Shown here: positions 26,247 through 39,739 of the stretch, piece after piece
Position numbering within the stretch: the stretch's first letter is position 1
How the letters are laid out: each line of letters starts with the position of its first letter
NCBI GenBank assembly: GCA_038087875.1
Contig: JAXLNO010000108.1
Location: forward strand, 1-64,000
DNA length: 64,000 nt
Direction of reading: 5' to 3'
DNA from: Malacoraja senta
Taxonomy: Eukaryota
Notes under the pieces: model-generated
Told to the model about the DNA's origin: nothing
What the model saw: the letters and a program-made list of their open reading frames with translations, nothing else
The model's database searches: none
Position numbers and translations under genes: made by a program

Positions 26247-27307
26247 TCAAAGTCAAAGTCAAAGTATCCTTTATTGTCATTCAGACTTTTCAGTCTGAAC
26301 GAAATTTCGTGCCTTGCAGTCATAACATAGAATAAAATAACAAAATACACACTTAACGCAGATTAAACATCCACCATAGTGAGTCTACCAGGCACCTCCT
26401 CACTGTGATGGAAGGCAAAGTGTCCCAAAGTCCTTGTGTCTTCCCTCCTTGTTCTCCCTCTGCGTTGATGCGATCCAGGCTTCTGATGTTGTGACCCGTC
26501 GGGTGATTGTAAGTCAGTCCCGCGGCCGAATCCGAGCTACGCGAACGGGCCGGTTCAAACACCGCGGCCCGGGGCGGACGAAGCTGCCGCCCTTCAGTCC
26601 AGCGGAAGAAGCTGTTGTTGCGGGAGCTCCGGGGAACCGGTCACCAACCTGGGACCTGCGAGCTCCCGACGGTTTTCACCTAGAGAGTTGTGAATTTATG
26701 GAATTCCCTGCCACAGAGGGCAGTGGAGGCCAAGTCACTGGATGGATTTATGGGAGAGTTAGATAGAGCTCTAGGGGCTAGTGGAGTCAAGGGATATGGG
26801 GAGAAGGCAGGCACGGGTTATTGATACGGGACGATCAGCCATGATCACAATGATTGACGGTGCTGGCTCGAAGGGCCGAATGGGCTCCTCCTGCACCTAG
26901 TTTCTATGTTTCTATGTTTCTATGATGTCGTTCACAGGGCCCGAGGCCGAACCCTCCGAGGCTCCAAAGTCGGGGCGCCGCCGCCGGAACGCCACCCGAG
27001 CCCCGAAGTCGGCCAGCCTCGCGTTCGCAAGTCCTGGCTGGCTCTGCCTCCGGAGCCTCGAGGTGGGTCCCAGTTGCAGGCCGCCAGCACCGCGATTAGG
27101 TGGAGACGGGGGATACGACAGGAAAAGGTCGCATCCCCCCGAAGGAAGAGACAAAAACATGTTTCTCTCAACCACCCTCCCCCCACACATACACAACCTA
27201 ATAAACTAAAATTAACTAAAAAAGGACAGAAGAAAATAACAAAAAAAGATTTAAAAAACAGACGGACTGCAGGGGAGCCGCAGCTGCTAAGGCAGCGCCG
27301 CCACTTC
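26247..27307 (-). mobile_element. GC-rich non-autonomous retroelement, interrupted by a CR1 3' fragment (~26672-26923, +)
   Basis: Reverse strand has the same 5' and 3' blocks as the 6270 and 10100 elements; (CTTTGA)n tail. Confidence 0.65.
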
Positions 27308-27874
27308 CGGGGATATGGGGAGAAGACAGGAACGGGGTACCGATTTTGGATGATCAGTCATGATCACATTGAATGGCGATGCTGGCACGAAGGGCCGAAT
27401 GACCTACTCGTGCACCTATTGTCTATTGTCAATTCTCCTTGCTTATTGCCAGCTTAATGATTGAGTTGCCGGGCTGTAGTTCTGTGAGCTGCAGCGCTCA
27501 GTATGTGCGTGCAAGCAGCTGCCTGTCCACAGCGTGGATTCCAATGCCCACATCCCTCAGAACAGTGGCCGGCCTGGCTGCTGAAACCAAGACCAACCGG
27601 GTTGACAACCACGACCGTTATACACCACGCACAAAGTTGGTTTAAAATTTTAGTTAACCATTTCTGCTACTGGGAATGCAGTAACGCGGATAGGATTTGA
27701 ACATAACCTGTAGGAATTCTTTCTGCGGCATTTCTCATTTGTCCTCCTGTCCGCTGTTACTCACTTTTGGTTATTTATTATATAAAGACTGGTGACAAAA
27801 CTAATTTCCGTAGGTTAGTTCTGATGTATCTACCCGAGCGAGGGGGTATTTCAACATGGATACAATTCAAGCCA

Positions 27875-28590
27875 ACAGGAAGTTTGCCTGCAGACAGGAA
27901 GTGACACACATGGCGTCTTGGTGCCATCGCAACAACCTGGAGATCAATGCTCTCAAGACAGTAGAATTGATTGTAGACTTTAGTAGAGCTCCCCCTCCCC
28001 TCACCCCACTCACCATCAAATACACCACGGTCACATCTGTGGAGTATTTTAGATTATGTTAGAGCAGGGGTCGGCAACCTACGGCCCCCAGAATCACATC
28101 TGTGGAGTTCCTGAGAACCATCATCTCCAAGGGCCTTAAATGGGGGCCCACCATCGACTCCACAGTCAAAAAGGCACAACAGATGATGTACTTCCTGCAG
28201 CAGCTGAGGAAGCACAATCTGCCAAAGGCAATGATGGTCCAATTCTATACGGCCATTGTAGAGTCTGTCCTCACATTCTCCATCATGGTCTGGTTTGGCT
28301 CAGCCACCAAGCACGACATCCGGAGGCTGCAGCGAATCGTCCGATCAGCTGAGAAGGTTATTGGCTGCAACCTTCGCTCCCGTTGACGAACTGTACACTG
28401 CAAGGGCCAGGAAGCGAGCGGGCAAGATTATCTCTGACCCCTCTCACCCTGGCCACATACTCTTTGAATCACTTCCCTCTGGAATGCGACTACGGACTGT
28501 CAAAGCTGCCACAGCCAGACATAAAATCGACATTTTTCCACGAGTGGTAGCTCAACTCAAAAAACAAAAATCTGTAGCCTCCTTTTGCTC
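27875..28590 (+). mobile_element. Rex1/Babar 3' fragment
   Basis: Reads [22 protein letters not shown]...KKAQQMMYFL...FYTAIVESVLTFSIMVWFG...DPSHPGH. Confidence 0.85.
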
Positions 28591-28834
28591 TGGTAGTGGC
28601 CGTAGTGGGAATCCACCGTCACGACCGCACCCGCTCCCAACTCTGCCAGCAGCGACCCTGAGCACAGTAGACGTGTGCACGAGATCTGGCCTCCTCATTC
28701 GTGAGCCTAACCGCCTCCATTACTCCTGTTCTGGAGGTGGGGAGAACGTCATGTGTTGGGCTGAGCCATTTTGGTATCGAACCGTCGTGGTTCGGGCTCG
28801 AGCTCTTGCGTGGACCGGGCATGATCTCGGCAGA

Positions 28835-29228
28835 CATGAGAGATTGGAGCGGCTGGGCTTTTTTACTCCGGAATTTAGAAGGATGAGTGGGTATCTCTTT
28901 GAAAGTCATATGATTATTAAATGGTTGGACACGCTAGAGGCAGGAGACATGTTCCCGATGATGAAACACATTTTCACCCAGAGAGTTATGAGTCTGTGGA
29001 ATTATCTGCCTCAGAGGGCGGTGGAGGCCGGTTCTCTGGATACTACCAAGAGAGAGCTTGATAGGGCTCTTAAAGCTAGCGGAGTCAGGGGATATGGGGA
29101 GAAAGCAGGATCGGGGGCGGGGGTACTGATTGTGGATGATCAGCCATTATCACATTGAATGGCGGTGCTGGCTCGCAGGGCCGAATGCCCTACTCTTGTA
29201 TCCATTGTCTATTGTCTATTGTCTATTG
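28835..29228 (+). mobile_element. CR1 3' fragment with (TATTGTC)n tail
   Basis: ORF2 C-terminal motifs and 3' UTR. Confidence 0.85.
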
Positions 29229-29524
29229 AATTGAGGTTTGCAATTTCGCTTCAAGTCCGGAGGTCCAACATACGCACGGCGCCAGGAAGTGGAACCACGG
29301 ACGCGATTGGCAACTGCTGGAAAACCAGAATCCAAGTTGTTGAGGAACTAGGCACCGCAGCCTCACCAAGCGGACACGACTCCTGGTCAGAGGCGATTGT
29401 AGAGGCAGCTACCGCAGCAACTCCGGAAACATATTCTTTGAGAAAGTTAACTGGCGAAGAAAAGCTGGCAAATGGGACAGGCTTTGAAGGGGCATTTTTA
29501 CCGGTTTGGGCGAGTGGGGCCGAA

Positions 29525-29885
29525 AGTCATAGTCATAGACTGGAAACAGGCCCTTCGGCGCAAATTGCCCACACCGGCCCATGTCTCGGCTACACTGGTC
29601 CCACTTGCCCGCGTTTAGACCATATTCCTCCAAACCTGTCCGATCCATGTACCTGTCCAACTGTTTCTTAAACGGTGGTATATTCCCAGCCTCAACTACC
29701 TCCTCTGGCAGCTTGTTCCATACACCCACCACCCTTTGTGTGAAAACGTTACCCCTCAGATTACTATTACATATTTTTCCATTCATCTTAAACCCATGTC
29801 CTCTGGTCCGCGATTCACCTACTCTGCGCTAGAGATTCTGTGCATCTACACGATCTCTTCCTCTCATGATATTATACACCTCTCA
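29525..29885 (-). mobile_element. CR1 3' fragment
   Basis: ORF 29409-29786 reads LRGNVFTQRVVGVWNKLP...FKKQLDRYM. Confidence 0.85.
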
Positions 29886-30203
29886 GGCTCAGCGGTTCAC
29901 GGCATCAGCAGTTCGGGCTCAGCGGCTCGCCGTGGTGGTAGTCGTCCCACCCACTCTCCACACTCTGTTCACTCCGCTCCTTCAGCTTTCTTCTCCTCGC
30001 CGCCGGCAAATGACAGCGGGTATCAGAAAGGGCGAATGACAGGAGAGAAGAACATAAACCTTCATAACTTGTGTATTATTACACCGATCGGAACAAAATT
30101 TGGCGCGCTTGCAGCACAGGTGAATGGCGAATAAAGTTGCGAAAAAATAAAATTTAAAAAAAAAAGCAAACCGGAAGAGGACAAGATGGGAGTTTTAGTT
30201 AAG

Positions 30204-30701
<498 letters not shown>

Positions 30702-31249
30702 TACAATGTGCTGGAATGAGCTGCTTGAATGAGCGGCTAAACATAATGCATAAACGGGAATCTCGACATCTCAGAGACTTTCAGACACTTTACTGTTTCC
30801 TTCAATTGCCTGCGAGTTTGCCGTGTACAAAATAATTGCGGTGGAATTTATTGTGAATAAATCTCAAGGCCTTAACTGAATTCTCCAGACCATTTCTTGG
30901 CCTGACGCAACTGGTGTTCCGTCCTGTGATGTCGCCAGTCGGTGAGGGGGTGAATTTTGAGATTCTTCCACTCACACGTCTGTCAGTTTCTATCATTCAT
31001 ACAATCGGCCAGTCACACGGTGAGTTGTTCATGTCTCACATTAACCAGATTCAGAGGAAATGGACGGATGTGGGACAGCGAGCCCTCTGGTGGACATAAT
31101 TGGAATAACAAAACCAATCAACTAAATCGGTTCCTCAACAACTTGGATACTTGTTTTCCAGCAGGTGCCATCAGGGGCCGTTGTTCCACTTCCTAACGCC
31201 GTGTGTATGTTGGACATCCGGACTTGAAGCGAAATTGCAAACCACAATT

Positions 31250-31875
31250 CAATAGACAATAGGCAATAGACAATAGATGCAAGAGTAGGGCATTCGGCCC
31301 TTCGAGCCAGCACCGCCATTCAATGTGATCATGGCTGGTCATCCCTAATCAGTACCCCGTTCCTTCCTTCTCCCCTTCTCCCCATATCCCCCGACTCCGC
31401 TACCTTTAAGAGCCCTATCAAGCGCTCTCTTGGAAGTATCCAGAGAACCGGCCTCCACCGCCCTCTGAGGCAGAGAATTCCACAGACTCACAACTCTCTG
31501 GGTGAAAAAGTAACTCATCATCTCCGCTCTAAATGCCTTATCCCTTATTCTTAAACTGTGGCCCCTGGTGCTGGACTGCCCCAACATCGGGAACTTGTTT
31601 ACTGCCTCCAGCGTTTCCAAACCCTTAATAATCTTATATGTTTCAATGAGATGCCCTCTCATCCTTCTAAATTCCAGAGTACACAAGCCCAGCCGCTCCA
31701 TTCTCTCAGCATATGCCATCGCGGGAACCTTCAATGCATTCCCTCAATAGCAAGAATATCCTTCCTCAAATTAGGGGACCAAAACTGCACACAATACTCC
31801 AGGTGTGGGCTCACTAGTGCCCTATACAAGTGCAGAAGGACCTCTTTGCTCCTATACCCAAATCCTCATGTTATG
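31250..31875 (-). mobile_element. CR1 3' fragment
   Basis: ORF 31345-31734 is the CR1 ORF2 C-terminus; (caataga)n tail. Confidence 0.88.
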
Positions 31876-33811
31876 AAGAGAAGTTATGATTCGTAAGTGG
31901 TGAAAGTGGAAAGTGAGTTTGGAATTATAGTTGAGTTTTAAGTACTATCCGTTTAATAATTATACGATGCAGCCCCGTCGCTCACGAACTTCAACCACCA
32001 AATCCTTTGCACACCAACCCCACGATGGCCCAGTAATTAGATGGCCCAGATCACGACGTCCCGCCTCGTCACCACGTGGTTGGTGTGCCCAGATCACGCC
32101 CGGTCCACACAAGAGCTGGAGCCCGAACCACGACGGTTCGATATCAAAATGGCTCAGCCCACCACATGATTCCCTCCCCACCTCCAGAACCGGAGGAATG
32201 GAGGCGGTCAGGCTCACGAGGGAGGAGGCCAAATCTCGTGTACGCGTCTCTTGTCTTCAGGGTCGCTGTTGGCAGAGTTCAGGGCGGGGCGGTCCTGACG
32301 GTGGCCTCCCTCTCGGGCCTCTACCAGGAGGCTACAGATTTTGGGTTTTTGAGTAGAGCTACCACTCGTGGAATAATGTTGATTTTATGTCTGGCTGTCG
32401 CAGCTTTGACAGTGCGTGGTCGCCTTCCAGAGGGAAGTGATTCAAAGAGTTTGTGGCCAGGGTGAGAGGGGTCAGAGACAGGGCCGGATTTACGTATAAG
32501 CTTGACAAGCTTAAGCTTAGGGCCGCGAGATCTAGGGGGAGCTCGCAGAGCCGGATTTACCACTAGGCTTCATAGGCTGAAGCCTATGGCCTCGAAATCT
32601 AGGCTGCCTCCGGCCAAGGCAGGATACCTGCCGTTTAACTCTGCGCGGCTCCCATCTCTATCTCTCTCTCTCTGTCTGTCAACTCTCCGTCTCCGCCCGC
32701 CATCCGTATCCATGTCCGGGCCGCCGGTTCTCCGCTCTCCGCCCGCTCCTCATCCGCCGGCACGGCAGGCCGCCTTGCACATTCGCATTGCTACGGCCAA
32801 CACATCCTCTCCCCTGCACATGCGCACATCCACGGCCGGCAAATCATCGGCCGCCCTGCGCATGCGCATTGCCACGGCAACTGGTCGGCGCTGGGCACTT
32901 TCTCCCTCGCTTTGAATTGTAGGATACCTGGCCGCCATTGCTATCCGGTCGCCGCTTCGCCGCGACCGCTGAAAACCAACGCTGAATCACTCCCTGACCC
33001 TGGATCTTGAGTAACTTCCTGGAGTACCTATTGCTTCTGGTTTCCTGGTCCTCCATAAATATTCTAAATGGAATTTAAACTGGAGGTGGTGGAGGGTTGA
33101 ACAATAACAGCCTATTGCATTTTATCTGTTTATTTATTTTTCTGAATCTTCTGACTTTGTAGTCTGCATATCGCCAACTTGTGTATATATATGGTCTATG
33201 GTATATAGACAAACTGAACTTTTATCTCCTGTTCTGTATTATGTTTACATATTCTGTTGTGCTGCAGCAAGCAAGAATGTCATTGTCCTATCTGGGACAC
33301 GTGACAATAAAACTCTCTTGACTCTTGACTTGGACTTAAACAAAAAAGGGTTCTTGGGGAAAATAGAGGTATCTTAAATTTAGTTGCGTCTGGTTGGGTA
33401 ACTATGGTAGGGTGAAGTCTATTCCATGCTTTAATTGTGCGGGGGAACTCCATGCAGCAGCCAGCATCTCTGGATAGAAGAAATTGGGTGACGTTTCGGG
33501 TAGAGACCCTTCTTTAGACTCCCTCTGGTTTTAGTGTCTTTAGTTTAATTTAAAGATACAGCGTGGAAACAGGCCCTTCGGCCCACCGTGTCCACGCCCA
33601 CCACCGATCACCCGTACACTAGTTCTATCCCACACTTTAGCGGAGTAAGTCAAGAGACAAGAGTGTTTTAATCTCTCACGTCCCAGTTAGAACAATGAAA
33701 TCCTTACTTGCAGCAGCACAACAGAATATATAAACATAGTTCTCTGTAAATAATGTTATAAACTAGAAAACAAAACGGTGTATATTTGTATATGAATACA
33801 TAACTATATCA

Positions 33812-33999
<188 letters not shown>

Positions 34000-34484
34000 T
34001 AGTTTCCCTCCTGGGATTAATAAAGTTCTATCGTATAGTATCGTGTGTGTAGGAAGGAACTTAAGATGCTGGTTTAAACTGAAGCTGACACAAAAAGCTG
34101 GAGTAACTCAACAGGTCAGACAGAATCTCTGGACAAAAGGAAAATATAACGTTTTGGATTGAGTCTGAAATAGGTTCCTGCACACCTTTGGAATGTGGAA
34201 GGAAATAAGAGCACGGAGAAAACCCATGCGATCAAAGGGAAAAGGAGCAAACTCCATACAGACAGCACCCATATTCAGGATCAATTCCGGGTCTCTGGCA
34301 CTTTTAGGCAGCAACTTCATTGCCAATGTACTGCCCCATAGTCTTGAACTGAATTACAACATACTGTAGCTGTAAAGGGGGACATAGCGCCACTTGGAGA
34401 TTTAAGACTTAAAATGGACATTTCCATTTTTTTAGCAACCAGAGTTATCAACGTATAATTTTGTGCGTGTTGGAAAACAAAATA

Positions 34485-34710
34485 TAGTGGCACAGCTGGT
34501 AGACTTGCTTTCTCACACGCCAGAGATCTGTGTTCGATCCTGTCCGCGGGCACTGTCTGTGTTGAATTTGCACATTCTACCTTAAAGCGTGTGGGTTTCC
34601 TCCCACAACCCAAAGACACAATTGCTTTGATGGTTAACATGTCTCTGTAAAACTGCCACTACTGTGTGGGGAGTGGGTGAGGAAAGTGGGATGACAAAAC
34701 TTGTGTGAAT
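34485..34710 (+). mobile_element. tRNA-derived SINE, degenerate
   Basis: A-box-like tggcacagctgg, B-box-like gttcgatcc, and V-SINE-like core. Confidence 0.65.
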
Positions 34711-34772
34711 GGGTAGACAAAAATGCTGGAGAAACTCAGCGAATGAGACAGTATCTATGGATCGAAGGAAAT

Positions 34773-34808
34773 AGGTGACGTTTCGGGTCGAGACCCTTCT
34801 TCAGACTG
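34773..34808 (-). ncRNA. Putative minimal hammerhead ribozyme motif in the Penelope-like tail
   Basis: Minus strand reads CUGAAGA-A-GGGUCUCGACCC-GAAACGUC: hammerhead core, helix II hairpin, palindromic ACGU helix III and a GUC triplet. Helix I is weak. Confidence 0.5.
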
Positions 34809-35502
34809 ATGTGAGCGTGGGGGGGGGGAGACGGGAAGAAGAAAGGAAGAGGCGGAGCCAGTGGGCTGAGGGAGAGCTGTGAAGGGGAGGAGAAAGCAGA
34901 GACTACCTGAAATCGGAGAAGTCAATGTTCATACCGTTGGGGTGTAAACTGCCCAAGCGAAATATGAGGTGCTGCTCCTCCAATTTACGGTGGCCCTCAC
35001 TCTGGCCATGGAAGAGGCCCAGGACAGAAAGGTCGGATTCTGAATTGGAGTGGGAGCTGAAATGCTGAGCCACCGGGAGATCAGGTTGGTTATTGCGAAC
35101 AGAGCGGAGTTGATGGGCGAAGTAATCGCCAAGGCTACGCTTGGTCTCACCGATGTAGAGCAGCTGACATCTAGAGCAGCGGATGCAATAGATGCGGTTG
35201 GAGGAGGTGCATGCGAGCCTCTGCCGCACAAGGAAAGACTGCTTGGGTCCTTGAATGGAGTCAAGGGGGGAGGTAAAGCGACAAGTGTAGTATTTCCTGC
35301 GGTTGCAAGGGAAAGTGCCAGGAGAGGGGTGGTTTGGGTGGGAAGGGACGAATTGACCAGGGAGTTACGGAGGGAGCGGTCTCTGCGGAATGCCAACACG
35401 GGAGGAGATGGGAAGATGTGGCCAGTGGTGGTATCCCATTGGTAGACAAAAAAGCTGTAGAAAATCAGCGGGTGAGGCAGCATCTATGGAGCGATGGAAA
35501 TA

Positions 35503-35536
35503 GGCGACGTTTCGGGTTGAGACCCTTCTTCAGATT
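35503..35536 (-). ncRNA. Second putative minimal hammerhead motif
   Basis: Minus strand reads CUGAAGA-A-GGGUCUCAACCC-GAAACGUC. Confidence 0.4.
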
Positions 35537-36504
35537 GATGTCGGGGGGCGACACAAAAAGGAAGGAAGAGTCGGAGACAGTAGGCTGTGGGAGAGCTGGG
35601 AATGGGAGGGGAAGGAGGGAGGAAGCAAGGACTACCTAAAATTAAAGAAGCCAATGTTCCTAGCGCTGGGGTGTAAACTACCCAAGCAAATGTGAGGTGC
35701 TGCTCCTCCAATATGCGGTGGGCCTCACTCTGGCCATGGAGGAGGCCCAGGACAGAAAGGTCTGATTCGGAATGGAAGGGCGGTTGAAGTGTTGAGCCAC
35801 CGGGAGATCAGGTTGGTTATTGCGAACTGAGTATAGGTGTTGTGTGAAGCGATCGCCAAGCCTGCGCTTGGTCTCACTGGGGTTGATCATACGCTGAATA
35901 ATCCAACCACATTTTTGTTTGGAAGTGGAAAGAAAGAATAGAAATTGCATTCATTGCAACGTGTAAAACGACATATTGTATTATAATTTTGCTGCGTCAT
36001 TGTGGTATATATCATGTCTTGATTGGTGAATATGTTTAGTTTGTGACTTCACTTGAAGCAGAAATAATATGTTAATGATTCATTGAGCATAATTCCGACT
36101 AGTAACTACGCACTTCGTCCGAGCACATTATCGCACGCGTCATGCAAACCGTCTTAAATGACCACCTAAACTGTCATTTGGCAACTTAAAAAGCTGCCAA
36201 GGTTACCCGGCTGAAAACAGAGAAAAAAAAAATTAATAACGCGGCTTTCCAGCCCCTGATCTCATTGACCACGCTCGGCTGCAAATCGGTGTCAATCTGG
36301 TGGACCATCTTCCTCTAGTCGTGGGGATAGGGGATTGGGCCTCACAAGCGGAACAGCTAAGGGCCTCGCTTCATCTAAATCCGGCCCTGGTCCTAGATGG
36401 TCTTACCCGCTCGCTCCCTGGCCCTTGCAGTGTACAGTTCGTCAACGGGAGGGAAGGTTGCAGCCAATAACCTTCTCAGCTGATCCGACGATTCGCTGCA
36501 GCAT

Positions 36505-36900
36505 CCAAAATCAGTACCCCGTTCCTGCCTTATCCCCATATCCCCTAACTCCGCTATCCTTAAGAGCCGTTCGAACTCTCTCTTGAAAGTATCCCGAGAA
36601 CCGGCCTCCACCACCCACTGAGGCAGAGAATACCACACACTCACAACTCTCTGTGTGAAAAAGTCGTTCCTTACCTCCGTTCTAAATGGCTTACCGCTTA
36701 TTCTTAAACCGTGGCCCCTGGTTCAGAGAGAGCTAAATAGGGCTCTTGAAGATAGCGGAGTCAGGGGATATGGGGAGAAGGCAGGAACGGGGTACTGATT
36801 GGGGATGATCAGCCATGATCACATTGAATGGCGGTGCAGGATCGAAGGGCCGAATGGCCTACTCCTGCACGTATTGTCTGTTGTCTATTGTCTATTGAAT
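36505..36900. mobile_element. Two CR1 3' fragments joined in inverted orientation
   Basis: Minus copy 36505-36725 is directly fused to plus copy 36725-36900. Confidence 0.8.
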
Positions 36901-37015
36901 GTATTGGATGTGTTTTTTTATCTTGTTTGAACTGGTTTTGGTTGCACTGATCTGGAGTAGCTCTCCGAATTTCGTTGCGTTTCTAAGTACAATGACAATA
37001 AAGGCTTATTATTAA

Positions 37016-37062
<47 letters not shown>

Positions 37063-37319
37063 TTATTATTATAGGCTTGATGGTAGAAAACGTATCCCCA
37101 CAGCCAATTTAAACAATGACACAAGTTTAAGATGAGGAGTGAATCGTTTGGAGAGGAAACTAGGAAGATAATTTGCTGCAGTATGATGCCATTTGGAGTG
37201 CATTTCGTTCTTCTTTTCGAGTCCAACTTGCTACAACTGTTGACCTCGCTGTTATCGTCGGTCCTGAAAAGGACGCAAGCATCCGGCGACAATCAGTGGC
37301 AGCCACCATTTGTTGCAAT

Positions 37320-37948
37320 AAGTAAGTAAGTAAGTAAGTAAGTTTATTGGCCAAGTATTCACATACACGGAATTTGCCTTTGTGCTCCGCCCACAAGTAA
37401 CAACCTGACATACAGTGACAGTTGCGGATGACCCAGAAAACACGAAACATTACTACTAATAAAACATTAATAATAAAACACCATTGATCAAGCATGTGAA
37501 CCAACAAAATACCAGATCAAAGGGAGGCTACAGATTTTTGGCTGTTGAGTAGAGCAACTCCTCGTGGATACAAACTGTTTTGATGTCTGGCTGTGGCAGC
37601 TTTGACAGTCCGCAGTCGCCTTCCAGAGGGAAGTGATTCAAAGAGTTTGTGGCCAGGGTGAGAGGAGTCAGAGATGATCTTGCCCGCTCGCTTCCTGGCC
37701 CTTGCAGTGTACAGTTCATCAATGGAGGGAATGTTCCAGCTAATAACCTTCTCTGCTGATCGGACGATTCGCTGCATCCTCCAGGATTCGTGCTTGGTGG
37801 CTGAGCCAAACCAGACCATGATGGAGAAGGTGAGAACAGACTCTACGATGGCTGTGTAGAATTGGACCATCATTGCCTGTGGCAGATTGTGCTTCCTCAG
37901 CTGCCGTAGGAAGTACATCATCTGTTGTGCCTTTTTGACTGTGGAGTG
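37320..37948 (-). mobile_element. Rex1/Babar 3' end with (TTAC)n tail
   Basis: ORF 37517-37921 has Rex1 C-terminal motifs; the tail reads agtaagtaag on the + strand. Confidence 0.88.
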
Positions 37949-38109
37949 GAAAGATGATGATGGTGGTAGCAGAATTAGCTCGGGATACTTTCAATTTCCA
38001 GCCCCGCGACGTGGACGCTTCTGCTATGGGGCCAGTGCAATTCCTGAGAGGATGGTGGTCGCAGTGACTGTCACCACATTTAAGAAGTACTGAGACTAAC
38101 ACTTTAGGT

Positions 38110-38440
38110 GAACGGGGAGTCCTGAACCAGGGGCCACGCACAGTTTACGAATAAGGGGTAAGCGATTTAGAACGGATACGAGGAAACACTTTTTCACATT
38201 GAGAGTTGCGAGTCTGTGGAATTGTCTGCCTCAGATGGCGGTGGAGGCCGGTTCTCTGGATACTTTCAAGAGAGATCTAGATAGGGCTCTTAAAGATAGA
38301 GGAGTCAGGGGACATGGGGAGAAGGCAGGAAAGGGGTACTGATTGGGGATGATCAGCCATGATCACATTGAATGGTGGTGCCGGATCGAAGGGCCGAATG
38401 GTCTACTCCTGCACCTATTGTCTATTGTTTATTGCCTATT
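38110..38440 (+). mobile_element. CR1 3' fragment
   Basis: ORF2 C-terminus, 3' UTR and (tattgtc)n tail. Confidence 0.85.
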
Positions 38441-38834
38441 GGTCAAAGCAGTGAGGACTACGGATGGCATTGGTAAATGTGAATAGTTTAGAAAGGCAGA
38501 CGATAAATGTGTGGACATGTGGGCCGAGTGCTTGTTTCAGTTTTATATGACTTTAGAATACAATGGTCCGGTAAAATTGTCTTATAAATATCCAAGTCGG
38601 AGCGCAATCGGTTGCAGACAGAAAAGCCTGTTGTTTTTCCATCTGATTCCGAAATAAAAGGGGAATATAAACAGAGAAGTAATATTATATGTTTATTCCC
38701 ATACATTGGCTCGCTGATCAATTCCAGCATTTAGTATTTAACTTTGGCATAAACCACCCAATGCAGTTGGTTGGTTGTTATAATATTATACATTAAAATG
38801 TAACCAGTCACGAGGGGCAATGACATTCCATGGA

Positions 38835-39217
38835 TCCTATTGAAACATAAGATTATTAAGTGTTTGCACGCGCTAGAGGCAGGAAACATGTTCCCGATGT
38901 TGGGGGAGTCCAGAACCAGGGGCTCACTTTAAGAATAAGGGGTAAGCCATTTAGAACGGAGAAGGGGAAACACTTTTTCACACAGAGAGTTGTGAGTCTG
39001 TAAAATTCTCTGCATCGGAGTGCGGTGGAGGCCGGTTTTCTGGATACTTTCAAGAGAGAGCTAATAAGGCTCTTAAAGATAGACGAGTCAGGGGATATGG
39101 GGATATGGGGAAAACTGGGTACTGATTGGGGATGATCAGCCATGATCACAGTGAATGGCGGTGCTGGCTCGAAGGGCCGAATGCCCTACTCCTGCACCTA
39201 TTGTCTATTGTCTATTG
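38835..39217 (+). mobile_element. CR1 3' fragment marking the start of the GPCR upstream flank
   Basis: The same tail/flank junction (tctattga-tc.tattgcaacttgg) occurs at 21333 and 61491. Confidence 0.85.
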
Positions 39218-39739
39218 ATCATATTGCAACTTGGACAGAAATAAATAATGCTTTATTTTCGCAAACAAATATGGAAAGTTGCAGAGTGAGATTGATTTGC
39301 ATGTACCGGAATATTCAGTGCTGTTAATTTAGATACATTTATAATTCAGTCTGGAGCCCTACAGAAACTCATCGAAATCACACCAACATTAAATAAAATA
39401 ACACAGTGACATGTATCATTCTTTCATTGGAAAATAGTCATTTTAATTTTCATCGGAATAAAGTGCTGGAGTAACTCAACGGATCATGCAACGATTTGGG
39501 AGAACATGTACAGGTGACTTTTCGGATCGGGACCGTTATTCAGAATCCTTCTTCAGCGAGTCGTTTTGTGTTTATTTCAGTCGAACCTTCAATTATTTGC
39601 TTGTAATGTCCCTTGGTGGATTCAGCGGCTGTGATAGAAACATAGAAACATAGAAACATAGAAATTAGGTGCAGGAGTAGGCCATTCGGCCCTTCGAGCC
39701 TGCACCGCCATTCAATATGATCATGGCTGATCATCCAAC

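Larger units (their letters stand above)
34712..35878 (-). mobile_element. Penelope-like element: two tandem 5'-truncated units (GIY-YIG C-terminus plus 3' tail)
   Basis: ORF 34903-35229 reads IYCIRCSRCQLLYIGETKR...LEEQHLIFRLGSLHPNGMN; a second unit spans 35441-35878; both end ...ttttgtctacc. Confidence 0.88.

Noticed and set aside
28295..29158. 287-aa ORF as a novel fusion gene
   Set aside because: Chance read-through of decayed Rex1, unique and CR1 fragments; not preserved in the paralogous blocks.
29885..30203. Possible Helitron-like terminus next to the GATA tract
   Set aside because: Only a vague resemblance; no matching other end or hairpin-CTAG terminus could be identified.
34485..34560. 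tRNA gene
   Set aside because: The A/B-box-like head continues into a SINE body and no complete cloverleaf is evident.
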